From sequence record DRR723986_4107: DNA of 41,376 bases. One strand, 5' to 3'. Shown here piece after piece: positions 28,784 to 39,202 of this stretch. Below the pieces are notes generated by a model. The model was not told the DNA's origin. It did no database searches and saw nothing but the letters and a program-made list of their open reading frames with translations. The position numbers were made by a program, and so were the translations under genes. Every line of letters starts with the position of its first letter. Within the stretch, counting starts at the first letter, position 1.

Positions 28784-29704
28784 ATGAAGTTATTGAAAAT
28801 CGCTGCCGCGGCAGCGACCGGCCTCGCTTTGCTTGGTGGAACCGCTCTTGCCGACGACAAGCCGGTGGTGGGCCTGATCATGAAATCACTGGCCAACGAG
28901 TTCTTTCAGAACATGATGGTTGGTGCCGAGGAGCACCAGAAGCGCCGTGGCGACTATGAGCTCAAGGCCGTCGGCATGCAGAACGAGACCGACTTTGAAT
29001 CCCAGATCAATGCGGTCGAAAACTTCATCACGCAGGGCGTTGACGCCATCGTTGTCGCTCCGGCTGACAGCCGCGCCATGGTCCGTCCGCTGAAAAAGGC
29101 GATGGAAGCCGGTATCGTCGTGGTCAACTTCGATGTGGCGCTTGACGAGGAAGCCAAGAAGCAACAGGGCGTAGAACTCGCGTTCGTCGGCCCGGACAAC
29201 CGGGGCGGTGCCAAGCTTGCCGGTGATGCACTGGGCAAGAAGCTGGGTGAGGGCGCAAAGGTTGTCATCATCGAGGGCAACCCGGGTGCGGACAATGCCA
29301 CGCAGCGCCGCCTGGGCTTTGAAGACTCTGTTGCCGAGTACAAGCTGGACCTGCTCGACAGCCGGACAGCGCATTGGGAAACCGAAGAAGCTAACCAGGT
29401 TTTCGCCACAATGCTGACAGCGCATCCCGACGTTCAGGGCGTGATGGCGGCCAACGACTCCATGGCGATTGGCGTTGTAAAGGCACTGGAAAGCGCCGGC
29501 CGCACCGACATTGAAGTCATTGGTTTCGACAATATTCCTGCAGTCGGCCCGATGATCGAAGACGGCCGGATGCTGGCTACCGTCGACCAGTTCGGCACCG
29601 ACATGGCGGCAAATGCCATCGATATGGCCCTCGATGTCGTTTCGACCGGTGAGCAGCTGCAGGGCTGGGTCAAGACGCCGATCGAATTGGTGACTGCGAA
29701 GTAA
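28784..29704 (+). CDS. rbsB: Ribose ABC transporter substrate-binding protein
   Basis: Signal peptide; MKSLANEFF, APADS, FVGPDNRGGA, ANDSMAIG and GFDNI motifs; operon with rbsD and rbsK; RBS GGGAGG. Confidence 0.85.
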   Translation: MKLLKIAAAAATGLALLGGTALADDKPVVGLIMKSLANEFFQNMMVGAEEHQKRRGDYELKAVGMQNETDFESQINAVENFITQGVDAIVVAPADSRAMVRPLKKAMEAGIVVVNFDVALDEEAKKQQGVELAFVGPDNRGGAKLAGDALGKKLGEGAKVVIIEGNPGADNATQRRLGFEDSVAEYKLDLLDSRTAHWETEEANQVFATMLTAHPDVQGVMAANDSMAIGVVKALESAGRTDIEVIGFDNIPAVGPMIEDGRMLATVDQFGTDMAANAIDMALDVVSTGEQLQGWVKTPIELVTAK

Positions 29705-29718
29705 GCAGTCTCAAGAAC

Positions 29719-29754
29719 GCTCCCGCCCGGTCAGCTTCAGGGCGGGAGCTGTTT
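29719..29754 (+). terminator. Stem-loop after rbsB (partial terminator or mRNA stabiliser)
   Basis: GCTCCCGCCC...GGGCGGGAGC, a perfect 10-bp stem followed by TGTTT. Confidence 0.6.
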
Positions 29755-29781
29755 ATCCATCAAAAAACGACTGGACGCACC

Positions 29782-31350
29782 ATGGCAGCAGCATCGCTTG
29801 CCGCAGCGCCCGCCGCTGCACCGGACCGTGCTTTCCTGACGGTCGAGGGTCTGAAAAAGCATTTCGGTGGCGTCAAGGCACTGGACGGGGTCAGTTTCTC
29901 CTTGGAAGAAGGCGAGGTTCATGCGCTCGTCGGAGAAAACGGCGCCGGCAAATCCACCCTTATCAAGATCCTTTCTGGCGTGTTTCCCTACGACGCGGGT
30001 CAGATCGCCCTGGCAGGTGAACCTTACCGCCCCATGAGCCCGCATGACGCCAAGGATCATGGCGTTCAGGTGGTTCATCAGGAATTCAACCTGCTTGAAC
30101 ATCTCACCATCGCCGAAAATATCTCCATAGAACATCTGCCGAAGAACAGCCTCGGTCTGTTGGACCGCAAGGAAATGAACCGGCGCGCGCGAAAGGCACT
30201 GGATGCAATCGGACTGACGGATGTGGACGTCACCGCTCCAGTCCGCTCTCTAGGGATTGCCCATCGCCAGCTGGTCGAAATTGCCCGGGCGTTGCAGTCG
30301 AAAAGCCGGATCCTGATCCTGGACGAGCCGACCGCAACCCTGACGGAACGCGAGACCAGACGCCTGTTTGACATCGTTGCCGGTATCAAGGCGGACGGGG
30401 TCACCGTGGTATTCGTCTCGCACCACCTTGATGAGGTGTTTGCCATCTGTGACCGTGTCACCGTGTTTCGAAACGGCAAGACCATTGCGACCGATCTGAT
30501 CAGCGAGACCACTCCGGAAGGTGTTGTGCAGCGGATGGTGGGGCGCAAGCTTGCCGCCGAACAGGACGAACAGCCCGATGGCCATGCGCTTGGCGCAAGC
30601 GCACTGAGGCTGGAAGACCTTCTGACCGTTGCAAATCCCGGGACAAACGGGGTTTCGCTTGATTTGCGTTACGGCGAGATTGTCGGGATATCCGGACTTG
30701 TCGGGGCAGGGCGTACCGAAATCCTGCGCGGCATCTTCGGGATCGATCCGCTCAAGTCCGGCAAGATCTACCGTGATGGCCTGGAAGTGCGCTTCAAGGG
30801 GCCGCGTGACGCCATTGCTGCGGGCATCGGTTTCGTCACCGAAGATCGCAAGGACGAAGGCCTCATTCTGGACATGCCCATTGCTGCCAACATATCGCTG
30901 GCCAACATGGGCTCGGTCTCGCGCAAGGGGCTTTTGAAGCTGGCCGAGGAAACGCGCCAGGCCATCGCAAGCGCGGCTCGGTTGACCCTCAAATACGGAC
31001 GGGCCTCGGATCCTGCCTCGAGCCTTTCCGGCGGCAATCAGCAGAAGGTTGTTCTGGCAAAATGGCTGGCGCGCAATCCGAAGGTGTTGCTGCTCGACGA
31101 GCCGACACGCGGTGTGGACGTCGGCGCCAAGGCGGAAATCTACGCCATTCTGAAAGACCTGGCCCGAGAAGGGGTTGCCTTGCTTGTCGTCTCTTCGGAA
31201 ATGCCGGAGCTGATGACACTGGCCGATCGCATTCTGGTGCTTGCCGAACATGAGATCCAGGGCGAAGTGAAACGCCCGGATTTCTCTGAAGAAAACATTC
31301 TGAAACTGGCCTACGGGCAAACGCCGAGCGCCGGGGAAAACGACAAATGA
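29782..31350 (+). CDS. rbsA: Ribose ABC transporter ATP-binding protein
   Basis: [18 protein letters not shown] and DEPTRGVDVGAK; ribose operon context. Confidence 0.88.
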   Translation: MAAASLAAAPAAAPDRAFLTVEGLKKHFGGVKALDGVSFSLEEGEVHALVGENGAGKSTLIKILSGVFPYDAGQIALAGEPYRPMSPHDAKDHGVQVVHQEFNLLEHLTIAENISIEHLPKNSLGLLDRKEMNRRARKALDAIGLTDVDVTAPVRSLGIAHRQLVEIARALQSKSRILILDEPTATLTERETRRLFDIVAGIKADGVTVVFVSHHLDEVFAICDRVTVFRNGKTIATDLISETTPEGVVQRMVGRKLAAEQDEQPDGHALGASALRLEDLLTVANPGTNGVSLDLRYGEIVGISGLVGAGRTEILRGIFGIDPLKSGKIYRDGLEVRFKGPRDAIAAGIGFVTEDRKDEGLILDMPIAANISLANMGSVSRKGLLKLAEETRQAIASAARLTLKYGRASDPASSLSGGNQQKVVLAKWLARNPKVLLLDEPTRGVDVGAKAEIYAILKDLAREGVALLVVSSEMPELMTLADRILVLAEHEIQGEVKRPDFSEENILKLAYGQTPSAGENDK

Positions 31351-32345
31351 CAACCGAAACCTTGAGTGAAACGGCCGCCGCCGCACCGAAGTTCTCCATC
31401 CGGACGGTGTTGCACAACGCAGGCATCGGCCTGGCTCTGCTGGCGCTGATCGTCTTTTTCTCGCTCTTCACCGAGCACTTTCTGACGCCCAACAACATCA
31501 CCAACATCCTGACCCAGATCACCATCAACCTTGTGCTGGCCGTCGGCATGACTTTCGTGATCCTGATCGGCGGCATCGATCTGTCTGTCGGCTCGGTGAT
31601 GGCCTTTGCAGCCGTTGTTGCGGGCAAGGCGATCACCTTGCCCGGCTTTGGCCCGGCTGAGGCGATTGCGCTAGCCGTGGTCGCAGCCACCCTGACCGGC
31701 GTCTTCTGCGGCTTTCTCAACGGTGCCATCAGTGCCTACTGGTCGCTGCCGTCCTTCATCATCACGCTCGGCATGCTGAACATTGCCCGCGGCGCAGCGC
31801 TGCAGGTTTCCGAGGCACAGACCATCTATTCCTTCCCATTCGCGTTCGAGGAATTCGGGTCCGCCATGGTTTACGGTGTGCCGGTAGTGTTCCTGGTGGC
31901 GCTTCTACTGGTGTTCATTGCCTGGTTCGTGCTGAACTTCACGGTCTTCGGCCGTCTGATCTACGGTATCGGCAACAACGAGGAAGCTGTCCGGCTGGCC
32001 GGTCATTCGGTGGCTCGCTACAAGATCGCCGCCTTCACCATCTGCGGTCTGACCGCTGGGATTGCCGCGGTCGTTTATATGGCACGCCTCAACATCTCCA
32101 GCCCGATTGCCGGCATCGGCTTTGAACTCAATGCCATTGCTGCCGTCATCATTGGCGGCACCAGTCTCAGCGGCGGGCGCGGATCGGTCATCGGGACGCT
32201 GCTGGGGGCCTTCATCATCGGTGTCCTCGCCAACGGGCTCATCCTGATCGGCCTCAGCGATTTCATGCGCCAGATGATCACCGGTGTCGTCATCATCGTT
32301 GCCGTCATCCTCGACTACTACCGTGCAAAGTACGCATCCAAATGA
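31347..32345 (+). CDS. rbsC: Ribose ABC transporter permease
   Basis: [19 protein letters not shown] and FELNAIAAVIIGGTSL motifs. Confidence 0.88.
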   Translation: MTTETLSETAAAAPKFSIRTVLHNAGIGLALLALIVFFSLFTEHFLTPNNITNILTQITINLVLAVGMTFVILIGGIDLSVGSVMAFAAVVAGKAITLPGFGPAEAIALAVVAATLTGVFCGFLNGAISAYWSLPSFIITLGMLNIARGAALQVSEAQTIYSFPFAFEEFGSAMVYGVPVVFLVALLLVFIAWFVLNFTVFGRLIYGIGNNEEAVRLAGHSVARYKIAAFTICGLTAGIAAVVYMARLNISSPIAGIGFELNAIAAVIIGGTSLSGGRGSVIGTLLGAFIIGVLANGLILIGLSDFMRQMITGVVIIVAVILDYYRAKYASK

Positions 32346-32752
32346 AACGCACAGCCCTTTTGAACCGCCACCTGAGTTTGCTTGTTGCTTCTCTCGGGCA
32401 CCTGGACGAAATCGTTGTTGCCGATGCCGGTCTGCCTGTCCCGGCCGGTGTGAAGGTGATCGACCTTGCCGTCACTGCAGGGGTGCCGAGCTTTCGCGAA
32501 CTGCTGACCGCACTGAAGTCCGAACTCGTCATTGAAGGTGCCGTCTGGGCAGAGGAGGCATCTGCGGAACTGACCTCGTTGATGCAGCATGAAGTGGCTT
32601 CCTGGGCGGAGGAGACGGGTAAGGCGATTACCGTTTCAAGACTTACGCACGAGGCTTTCAAGCACCGGACGCAAACGGCCAGGGCCGTGATCCGCACCGG
32701 CGAGGTGACCCCCTACGCCAACATCATTCTCATCAGCGGAGTTGCGTTTTGA
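32342..32752 (+). CDS. rbsD: D-ribose pyranase
   Basis: LGHLDEIVVADAGLP, IDLAV, HEAFK and IRTGEVTPYANIIL motifs. Confidence 0.93.
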   Translation: MKRTALLNRHLSLLVASLGHLDEIVVADAGLPVPAGVKVIDLAVTAGVPSFRELLTALKSELVIEGAVWAEEASAELTSLMQHEVASWAEETGKAITVSRLTHEAFKHRTQTARAVIRTGEVTPYANIILISGVAF

Positions 32753-33675
32753 CGTCCGTTACCGTTGTCGGCAGCATCAATATCGATCTCACCAGCTATC
32801 TCGACCGCTGGCCGAAAATTGGCGAGACGATTTCCGTTCGCGAAACCGTCACTTCGCTGGGTGGGAAGGGGGCCAACCAGGCCGTCGCTGCCGCCCGTCT
32901 GGGAGCCAGTGTCAACTTCATCGGTGCCGTCGGCAAAGATGGCTTTGGCGCGGAAGCCGCCGCAGCGCTCCGGCCAGAAGGGGTTGCGATCCTTCTTGAG
33001 GAAATGACCAACACTGCAACAGGGCTTGCCTTCATCGATGTCGGCCCAGACGGGCAGAACATTATCCGCCTCTCCGCCGGTGCAAATGGCAGGCTGTCAC
33101 CGGAAAATATCTCGAAATATGCAGATATCCTCCGCAAGAGCCGCGTCCTGCTTCTGCAGAACGAGATCGGTCTGGAAACATCGCTGGCCGCCGCGCGGAT
33201 TGCCCGTGAGGCGGGTGCGCTGGTCATCATGGATCCGGCACCCGCACCGAACCCTGCCTGGCCCGCTGAAGTTCTGTCCAGCTTTGATATCCTGACGCCA
33301 AATGCGGGTGAGGCGGGCGGCCTGTTGGGAACAGAACCGCAAACACTGGCCGATGCACGCGAGGCGGCAGGTGCGTTGCGCAGCTTGGGCTTGCGCGGGG
33401 CCGTCGTCACCATGGGGGCTGACGGAGTTGCCTGGTCAATCGACGGCAGTACCGGCGCCTTGCCTGCGCCCAGGGTTCGCAGCATCGATACGGTTGCCGC
33501 CGGTGACTGTTTCAACGGTGCTTTTGCAGCAAGAATAGCCTCGGGCAAGCCGATTGAGGATGCAATTTCGTTCGCCATGCAGGCGGCGGCCCTGGCAACA
33601 ACCCGCAAGGGAGCGGCAACATCGTTGCCACGTCTGGACGAGATGGAGGCTTTCCCCGCCCAACGCATTGCCTGA
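32749..33675 (+). CDS. rbsK: Ribokinase (PfkB family)
   Basis: VVGSINID, GGKGANQAVAAARLG, LLQNEI, TPNAGE and DTVAAGDCFNG motifs; TTG start overlapping the rbsD stop. Confidence 0.92.
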   Translation: MTSVTVVGSINIDLTSYLDRWPKIGETISVRETVTSLGGKGANQAVAAARLGASVNFIGAVGKDGFGAEAAAALRPEGVAILLEEMTNTATGLAFIDVGPDGQNIIRLSAGANGRLSPENISKYADILRKSRVLLLQNEIGLETSLAAARIAREAGALVIMDPAPAPNPAWPAEVLSSFDILTPNAGEAGGLLGTEPQTLADAREAAGALRSLGLRGAVVTMGADGVAWSIDGSTGALPAPRVRSIDTVAAGDCFNGAFAARIASGKPIEDAISFAMQAAALATTRKGAATSLPRLDEMEAFPAQRIA

Positions 33676-33684
33676 ATGCATTCA
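33673..33684. promoter_or_regulatory. Second copy of TGAATGCATTCA palindrome, upstream of LacI gene
   Basis: Identical 12-mer to 28660-28671; overlaps the rbsK stop codon, about 70 bp before the regulator start. Confidence 0.55.
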
Positions 33685-33754
33685 TTTGCTTGATCAGATC
33701 ACCGAGGAATGGTTCAAGGGGGCATCGCCTGGGGCGCGGGGAGAAACGCAAAAC

Positions 33755-34744
33755 ATGCCAACAATCAAAGACGTCGCACGCAAAGCCGGTGTGTCCGTTG
33801 GTACTGTCTCCCGCGTTCTGTCCAAAAACGAGTCGGTCAAGCAGCCCCTGAAGGAGCGCGTGCTCGCGGCTATGAAGGAGCTGGACTACAAGCCCAACCT
33901 GGCTGCCAGGGCTTTGCGCACCAACAGCATCGACGTGATCGGCCTCGTGGTGCCGGATATCACCAACCCTTTCTTTTCCCAGCTCGCCAAGAATATCGAA
34001 ATGGAAGCCGCCAAGCGGGGCCACTCCGTGATGCTCGCAAACTCCCATGACGACGCGGAAGCCGAACAGACCCAGATCGCGGCATTGCTGGACAGGGCCG
34101 TGTGCGGGGTCATCGTGGTGGCAACCTCCGACGGTGGCCAGACACACAAGGCCGACGTGCCGATCGTTTCGCTCGACCGCCGTTTCGGTCCCTATCCGCT
34201 TGTCGCAACTGACCATTTCGACGGCTCGGCGAAAATCGCCGATCACCTCGTCGGCCTCGGCCATCGCCGCATCGCCTATATCGCCGGCCCGCAATCCATG
34301 GAAGTGGCCCGACAGCGGCGGGAGGGCTTTGTTGCCCGGATCAAGGCCCTGTCAACGCCGGAAGATCCGATCATGCTTACTGTCCACGAAGGTCATTTCG
34401 ATTACGACAGCGGCGAAGACATCGGCCGGTCAATCCTGAAGGACACTTCCGGCGAGACCCGCCCGACAGCCATTGCCGCCGCAAGTGACCAGCAGGCCAT
34501 CGGTGTCTTGCGCTGCGCCCGCGATCTGAAGATCGCCATTCCGGCGGATCTTTCCGTCACCGGCTTCGATGACATTGCACTGGCAGCTCTCGTGGTCCCG
34601 CGTCTCACAACCTTGCGTCAGCCCATTGAACAGCTGGCCGGGTCAGCGGTTGCAAGGATCTTTGCCGGGGAGGCTGCGGCCGACGAAGCAATTGCCGGGG
34701 AGATCGTGGTGCGGGAATCGACTGGCAATATCCCGAATTCCTGA
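33755..34744 (+). CDS. rbsR: LacI family repressor (RbsR-like)
   Basis: MPTIKDVARKAGVSVGTVSRVL HTH, YKPNLAARAL, PDITNPFF, SVTGFDD and LTTLRQP motifs; ATG at 33755. Confidence 0.85.
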   Translation: MPTIKDVARKAGVSVGTVSRVLSKNESVKQPLKERVLAAMKELDYKPNLAARALRTNSIDVIGLVVPDITNPFFSQLAKNIEMEAAKRGHSVMLANSHDDAEAEQTQIAALLDRAVCGVIVVATSDGGQTHKADVPIVSLDRRFGPYPLVATDHFDGSAKIADHLVGLGHRRIAYIAGPQSMEVARQRREGFVARIKALSTPEDPIMLTVHEGHFDYDSGEDIGRSILKDTSGETRPTAIAAASDQQAIGVLRCARDLKIAIPADLSVTGFDDIALAALVVPRLTTLRQPIEQLAGSAVARIFAGEAAADEAIAGEIVVRESTGNIPNS

Positions 34745-34812
34745 GACGCATTGAACGGTTCCGGACCTGTGTCCAGCCTGACATAAAAGACGATTTGCAG
34801 ATCGATACCGTC

Positions 34813-34850
34813 ATTTATTTCAAGCTTGAAATTTTAGGCTTGAAATAAAT
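34813..34850. promoter_or_regulatory. Tandem MarR-type operator upstream of abm-type operon
   Basis: Perfect palindrome ATTTCAAGCTTGAAAT (34817-34832) and imperfect copy ATTTTAGGCTTGAAAT (34831-34846); the outer 13-bp arms are perfectly inverted. Confidence 0.7.
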
Positions 34851-34895
34851 ATCTCCCTGTGGTTCGCTGAGCATACCACAGCAGGGGAGGTTCGT

Positions 34896-37190
34896 ATGCG
34901 GATTGCTTGTCTGGGCGGGGGACCTGCCGGTCTCTATTTCGCCATCTCGATGAAACTGCGAGACCCATCCCACGAGATCGACGTGATCGAGCGCAACCGC
35001 GCCGACGATACGTTCGGCTGGGGCGTGGTGCTCTCCGATGAGACCCTTCAGAACCTTGCGGTGAACGACGCTGTCAGCGCCAAGGCCATCGGCGAGAATT
35101 TCGCTTATTGGGACGACATTGCCCTTCACATGCGTGGAGAGCGTCTCGTCTCCACCGGGCATGGTTTCTGCGGCATCGGTCGCATGAAATTGCTGCTGCT
35201 CCTTCAGGAGCGCGCCCGTGAGCTCGGCATCAACCTGAAGTTCGAAACCGAAGTCGACAGCGCCGAGAATTATCGCAAGGACTACGATCTCGTAGTGGCC
35301 AGCGACGGTCTGAATTCCAAGACCCGCGCGCTCTATCAGGACACGTTCAAACCTGACATCGATCAGCGCCTGTGCCAGTTCGTCTGGCTCGGCACGCATC
35401 AGAAATTTGCCGATGCCTTCACCTTCATCTTCGAGGAAACCGAACACGGCTGGGTCTGGGCGCACGCCTACCAGTTCGACGATGAAACGGCGACCTTCAT
35501 CGTGGAGTGCACGCAGGAAACCTTTGATGCTTTCGGCTTTGGCGAAATGAGCCAGGAAGACAGCATCCGGACCTGCGAGGAAATCTTCAAGGATCACCTT
35601 GGCGGCCATCCGCTGATGACCAACGCCAAGCATATCCGGGGCTCCGCCTGGATCCGCTTCCCGCGTGTTCTGTGCGAGAAGTGGAGCCACGAGAATGTGG
35701 TTCTGCTCGGCGATGCTGCCGCAACGGCGCATTTTTCCATCGGTTCCGGTACCAAGCTTGCCTTTGAATCGGCAATTGCGCTCGCGGAATACCTGCGCAC
35801 CGAAGCGGATATGGCCGCTGCTTTCAAGCGCTACGAGGAAGACCGGCGCCTGGAGGTGCTGCGTCTGCAGTCGGCAGCACGCAACTCGCTGGAATGGTTC
35901 GAACACGTCGAGCGTTATCTCCATCTCGATCCGGTCCAGTTCAACTATTCCATGCTGACCCGTTCCCAGCGCATCAGCCACGAGAACCTGCGTCTGCGGG
36001 ATCCGAAATGGCTGGAATCTGCGGAGCGCTGGTTCATGAACCAGGCCGGCGTTTCCCCGAATTCTCCCGTGCGCGCACCCATGTTCACGCCGTTCAAACT
36101 GCGTGAGATGGAGTTGAAGAACCGCATCGTCGTCTCGCCGATGGCGCAGTACAAGGCCGTTGATGGTTCGCCGACCGACTGGCACATGGTCCATTACGCC
36201 GAGCGTGCCAAGGGCGGGGCAGGTCTCGTCTTTGTCGAAATGACCTGCGTCAGTGCCGAGGGTCGGATCACGCCAGGCTGTCCGGGGCTCTATGCGCCTG
36301 AACACGAGGCGGCCTGGAAACGGTTGACCGATTTCGTGCATGCCGAAACAGATGCCAAGATCTGTTGCCAGATCGGCCATTCCGGCCGCAAGGGCTCCAC
36401 GCGGATCGGTTGGGAAGGCATGGACAAGCCGCTTCACGACGGCAACTGGGAACTTGTTTCCGCGTCCGCGATCCCCTGGTCAGACGGCAATGCCGTGCCG
36501 CGCGAGATCACACTTGCCGAGATGGACGCGATCAAGGCGGAGTTCGTTGCCGCAGCCGAAATGGCTGAGCGCGCCGGCTTCGACATGATCGAGCTTCATG
36601 CGGCTCACGGCTACCTGCTGTCGTCTTTCATTTCGCCGGTGTCCAACGCACGGACGGACGAATACGGCGGGTCATTGGATAACCGCATGCGCTGGCCGCT
36701 GGAGGTCTTCAACGCCATGCGCGCTGTCTGGCCTGATCACAAGCCGATGTCTGTTCGAATTTCTGCCTGCGACTGGGTGGGCGAGGAAGGCATCACGCCG
36801 GACGACGCGGTCGAGATAGCGCGCCGCTTCCGTGATGCCGGCGTCGATCTGGTCGACGTCTCCGCAGGTCAGACAACCCCGAAGGCGCGTCCGGTCTATG
36901 GCCGCATGTTCCAGACGCCGTTCTCAGACCGTATCCGCAACGAGGGCGGGCTGCCGACCATGGCTGTCGGCAATATCTACGAGGCAGACCACGCCAACTC
37001 GATCCTGATGGCGGGCCGGGCGGATCTTGTTGCCGTCGGCCGTCCGCATCTGGCGGATCCGTATTGGACGCTGCATGAAGCAGCCAAGATCGGTGACCGG
37101 AACGCCACCGACTGGCCGTTGCCATATCTCGCGGGCCGCGACCAGATGTGGCGTCTGGCCGATCGGGAAGCGGAGATGTTGAAGGTATGA
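34896..37190 (+). CDS. abmA: Bifunctional 2-aminobenzoyl-CoA monooxygenase/reductase (salicylyl-CoA 5-hydroxylase/oxidoreductase family)
   Basis: N-terminal FAD monooxygenase ([33 protein letters not shown]) fused to an Old Yellow Enzyme domain ([30 protein letters not shown]); 764 aa. Confidence 0.9.
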   Translation: MRIACLGGGPAGLYFAISMKLRDPSHEIDVIERNRADDTFGWGVVLSDETLQNLAVNDAVSAKAIGENFAYWDDIALHMRGERLVSTGHGFCGIGRMKLLLLLQERARELGINLKFETEVDSAENYRKDYDLVVASDGLNSKTRALYQDTFKPDIDQRLCQFVWLGTHQKFADAFTFIFEETEHGWVWAHAYQFDDETATFIVECTQETFDAFGFGEMSQEDSIRTCEEIFKDHLGGHPLMTNAKHIRGSAWIRFPRVLCEKWSHENVVLLGDAAATAHFSIGSGTKLAFESAIALAEYLRTEADMAAAFKRYEEDRRLEVLRLQSAARNSLEWFEHVERYLHLDPVQFNYSMLTRSQRISHENLRLRDPKWLESAERWFMNQAGVSPNSPVRAPMFTPFKLREMELKNRIVVSPMAQYKAVDGSPTDWHMVHYAERAKGGAGLVFVEMTCVSAEGRITPGCPGLYAPEHEAAWKRLTDFVHAETDAKICCQIGHSGRKGSTRIGWEGMDKPLHDGNWELVSASAIPWSDGNAVPREITLAEMDAIKAEFVAAAEMAERAGFDMIELHAAHGYLLSSFISPVSNARTDEYGGSLDNRMRWPLEVFNAMRAVWPDHKPMSVRISACDWVGEEGITPDDAVEIARRFRDAGVDLVDVSAGQTTPKARPVYGRMFQTPFSDRIRNEGGLPTMAVGNIYEADHANSILMAGRADLVAVGRPHLADPYWTLHEAAKIGDRNATDWPLPYLAGRDQMWRLADREAEMLKV

Positions 37191-37930
37191 GTGTCGCTTG
37201 CCGCCATATCCTTGTTACCGGTGGCGGCAGTGGCGTCGGTGCCGCCTGTGCCCACCTCTTCGCTGAAAAGGGCGCAAAGGTCACCATTCTCGGCAGGACG
37301 GAAGCAAGCCTTGCCGAACAGAAGCTGCCGTACCAGGTATGCGATGTAACCGATGCGCAGGCCGTCCAGGCAGCCGTTGCTGCCGCCCGGACGGTCAATG
37401 GTCCGGTTGATGTCGTGGTCGCCAACGCAGGGGCTGCCAGCAGCAAACCCTTTGCCCGCACCACGGCGGAAGACTTTCAGGCCATGCTGGCGGTCAATCT
37501 CTTCGGCGTGTCGAATGTCTGGCAGGCTGTTTTGCCGGACATGAAGGCGAGCGGCTGGGGCAGGATGATCGCGATAGCCTCCACCGCCGGGCTGCGTGGC
37601 TATCCCTATGTTAGTGCTTATAGCGCCGCCAAACATGCCGTCGTCGGGCTGACGCGCTCGCTGGCGCGGGAACTGGCCAGAACCGGCATCACCGTCAATG
37701 CGATTTGCCCCGGCTTTATCGAGACACCGATGCTGCATCGCTCCATCGACACGATCGTCGAAAAGACCGGCATGAGCCGGGAAGCAGCGGCTGACAGCCT
37801 GAAAGCGGACAATCCACAGGGACGCTTCATCCAGGTGTCGGAAGTGGCCGAAGCTGCGCTCTATCTGTGTTCTGATGGAGCGGTGTCCATCAACGGTCAC
37901 GCGCTGACACTTTCGGGAGGAGAGCTGTGA
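37187..37930 (+). CDS. SDR oxidoreductase (3-hydroxyacyl-CoA dehydrogenase-like) of abm-type cluster
   Basis: [26 protein letters not shown] and NPQGRFIQ motifs; ATGA overlap. Confidence 0.88.
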   Translation: MSVACRHILVTGGGSGVGAACAHLFAEKGAKVTILGRTEASLAEQKLPYQVCDVTDAQAVQAAVAAARTVNGPVDVVVANAGAASSKPFARTTAEDFQAMLAVNLFGVSNVWQAVLPDMKASGWGRMIAIASTAGLRGYPYVSAYSAAKHAVVGLTRSLARELARTGITVNAICPGFIETPMLHRSIDTIVEKTGMSREAAADSLKADNPQGRFIQVSEVAEAALYLCSDGAVSINGHALTLSGGEL

Positions 37931-38412
37931 TGGCGGAAACCGCAGCGAAACAGGAAGCCCTGTCCAAGACGCGTTTGCGTCTGTGGCTGAAGCTGTTGAA
38001 ATCCGTCAATGGCATCGAAGCCGAGATCCGCCGGAACCTGCGTGACCAGCATGGTACGACGCTGCCGCGGTTCGACGTCATGTCGGCGCTCGCCCGCTTT
38101 CCCGACGGATTGAAAATGTCGGAATTGTCCACGTTCCTGAAGGTGTCGAACGGCAATGTCACCGGCATTGTCGACAAGCTGACCGAGGAAGGTCTGGCCC
38201 TGCGTGTCGCCGTTCCAGGTGACCGGCGAGCCCAGGTGGCCCGGCTGACGCCGAAGGGCAGAGCCGCCTTCGAGGAACTTGCAACCCATCACGAAACCTG
38301 GATCGACGAACTGCTGGACGGCTGGTCGGCGGAAGATATCGCGGCGCTTTCGAGCCGCCTTGATCTGGTCCTGAAACGTCAAAGCCAAGAGGAGAGCGGC
38401 AATGCGAAGTGA
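37930..38412 (+). CDS. MarR family transcriptional regulator
   Basis: [32 protein letters not shown] and [13 protein letters not shown]; alternative GTG start at 37927. Confidence 0.92.
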   Translation: MAETAAKQEALSKTRLRLWLKLLKSVNGIEAEIRRNLRDQHGTTLPRFDVMSALARFPDGLKMSELSTFLKVSNGNVTGIVDKLTEEGLALRVAVPGDRRAQVARLTPKGRAAFEELATHHETWIDELLDGWSAEDIAALSSRLDLVLKRQSQEESGNAK

Positions 38413-39202
38413 CGTGACGCATTTCAAATGTGAGATCGCGAACGGCATTGCGCGGATCGCGCTCGACCGCCCTGAACGCAAGAACCCGCTGACGTTCGAA
38501 AGCTACGCCGAGCTGCGCGACTGGTTCCGGGATCTCGTTTATTCGGATGATGTCCATGCAGTGGTGATCCTCCCGAACGGCGGCAACTTCAGCTCCGGTG
38601 GCGACGTGCATGATATCATCGGCCCGCTGACGAAGATGAACATGAAGGAGCTCCTGGCCTTCACCCGCATGACCGGTGATCTGGTGAAAGCCATGCTCAA
38701 CTGCGGCAAGCCGATCATATCCGCGGTCGACGGCATTTGCGCCGGCGCTGGTGCCATCATGGCCATGGCGTCCGATCTGCGCGTTGCGACACCGGAGGCC
38801 AAGGTTGCCTTCCTGTTCAACAAGGTCGGCCTTGCCGGTTGCGACATGGGGGCTTGCGCGATCCTGCCACGTATCATCGGGCAGGGCCGTGCGGCGGAGC
38901 TGCTTTATCTCGGCCGCTCGATGAAGGCTGAGGAAGGTCATGCGTGGGGGTTCTTCAACGCGGTGGTGCCGGCGGGTGAGCTGGAGCAGACGGCCATGGA
39001 CATGGCCGGCCGTATTGTTGCCGGACCGACCTTCTCCAACTCCATGACCAAGACCATGCTGGCGCAGGAGTGGTCCATGGGCCTGGATCAGGCCATCGAG
39101 GCGGAAGCCCAGGCGCAGGCAATCTGTATGCAGGGCAACGACTTCCGCCGGGCTTACGAAGCCTTCGTGAAAAAAGAAAAGCCGGTGTTCGAGGGCGACT
39201 GA
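38402..39202 (+). CDS. Enoyl-CoA hydratase/isomerase family protein
   Basis: [29 protein letters not shown] and [10 protein letters not shown] motifs. Confidence 0.92.
   Translation: MRSDVTHFKCEIANGIARIALDRPERKNPLTFESYAELRDWFRDLVYSDDVHAVVILPNGGNFSSGGDVHDIIGPLTKMNMKELLAFTRMTGDLVKAMLNCGKPIISAVDGICAGAGAIMAMASDLRVATPEAKVAFLFNKVGLAGCDMGACAILPRIIGQGRAAELLYLGRSMKAEEGHAWGFFNAVVPAGELEQTAMDMAGRIVAGPTFSNSMTKTMLAQEWSMGLDQAIEAEAQAQAICMQGNDFRRAYEAFVKKEKPVFEGD

Noticed and set aside
34815..36437. 540-aa minus-strand ORF
   Set aside because: Antisense to abmA with no recognisable motifs; a typical stop-poor shadow frame in high-GC DNA.
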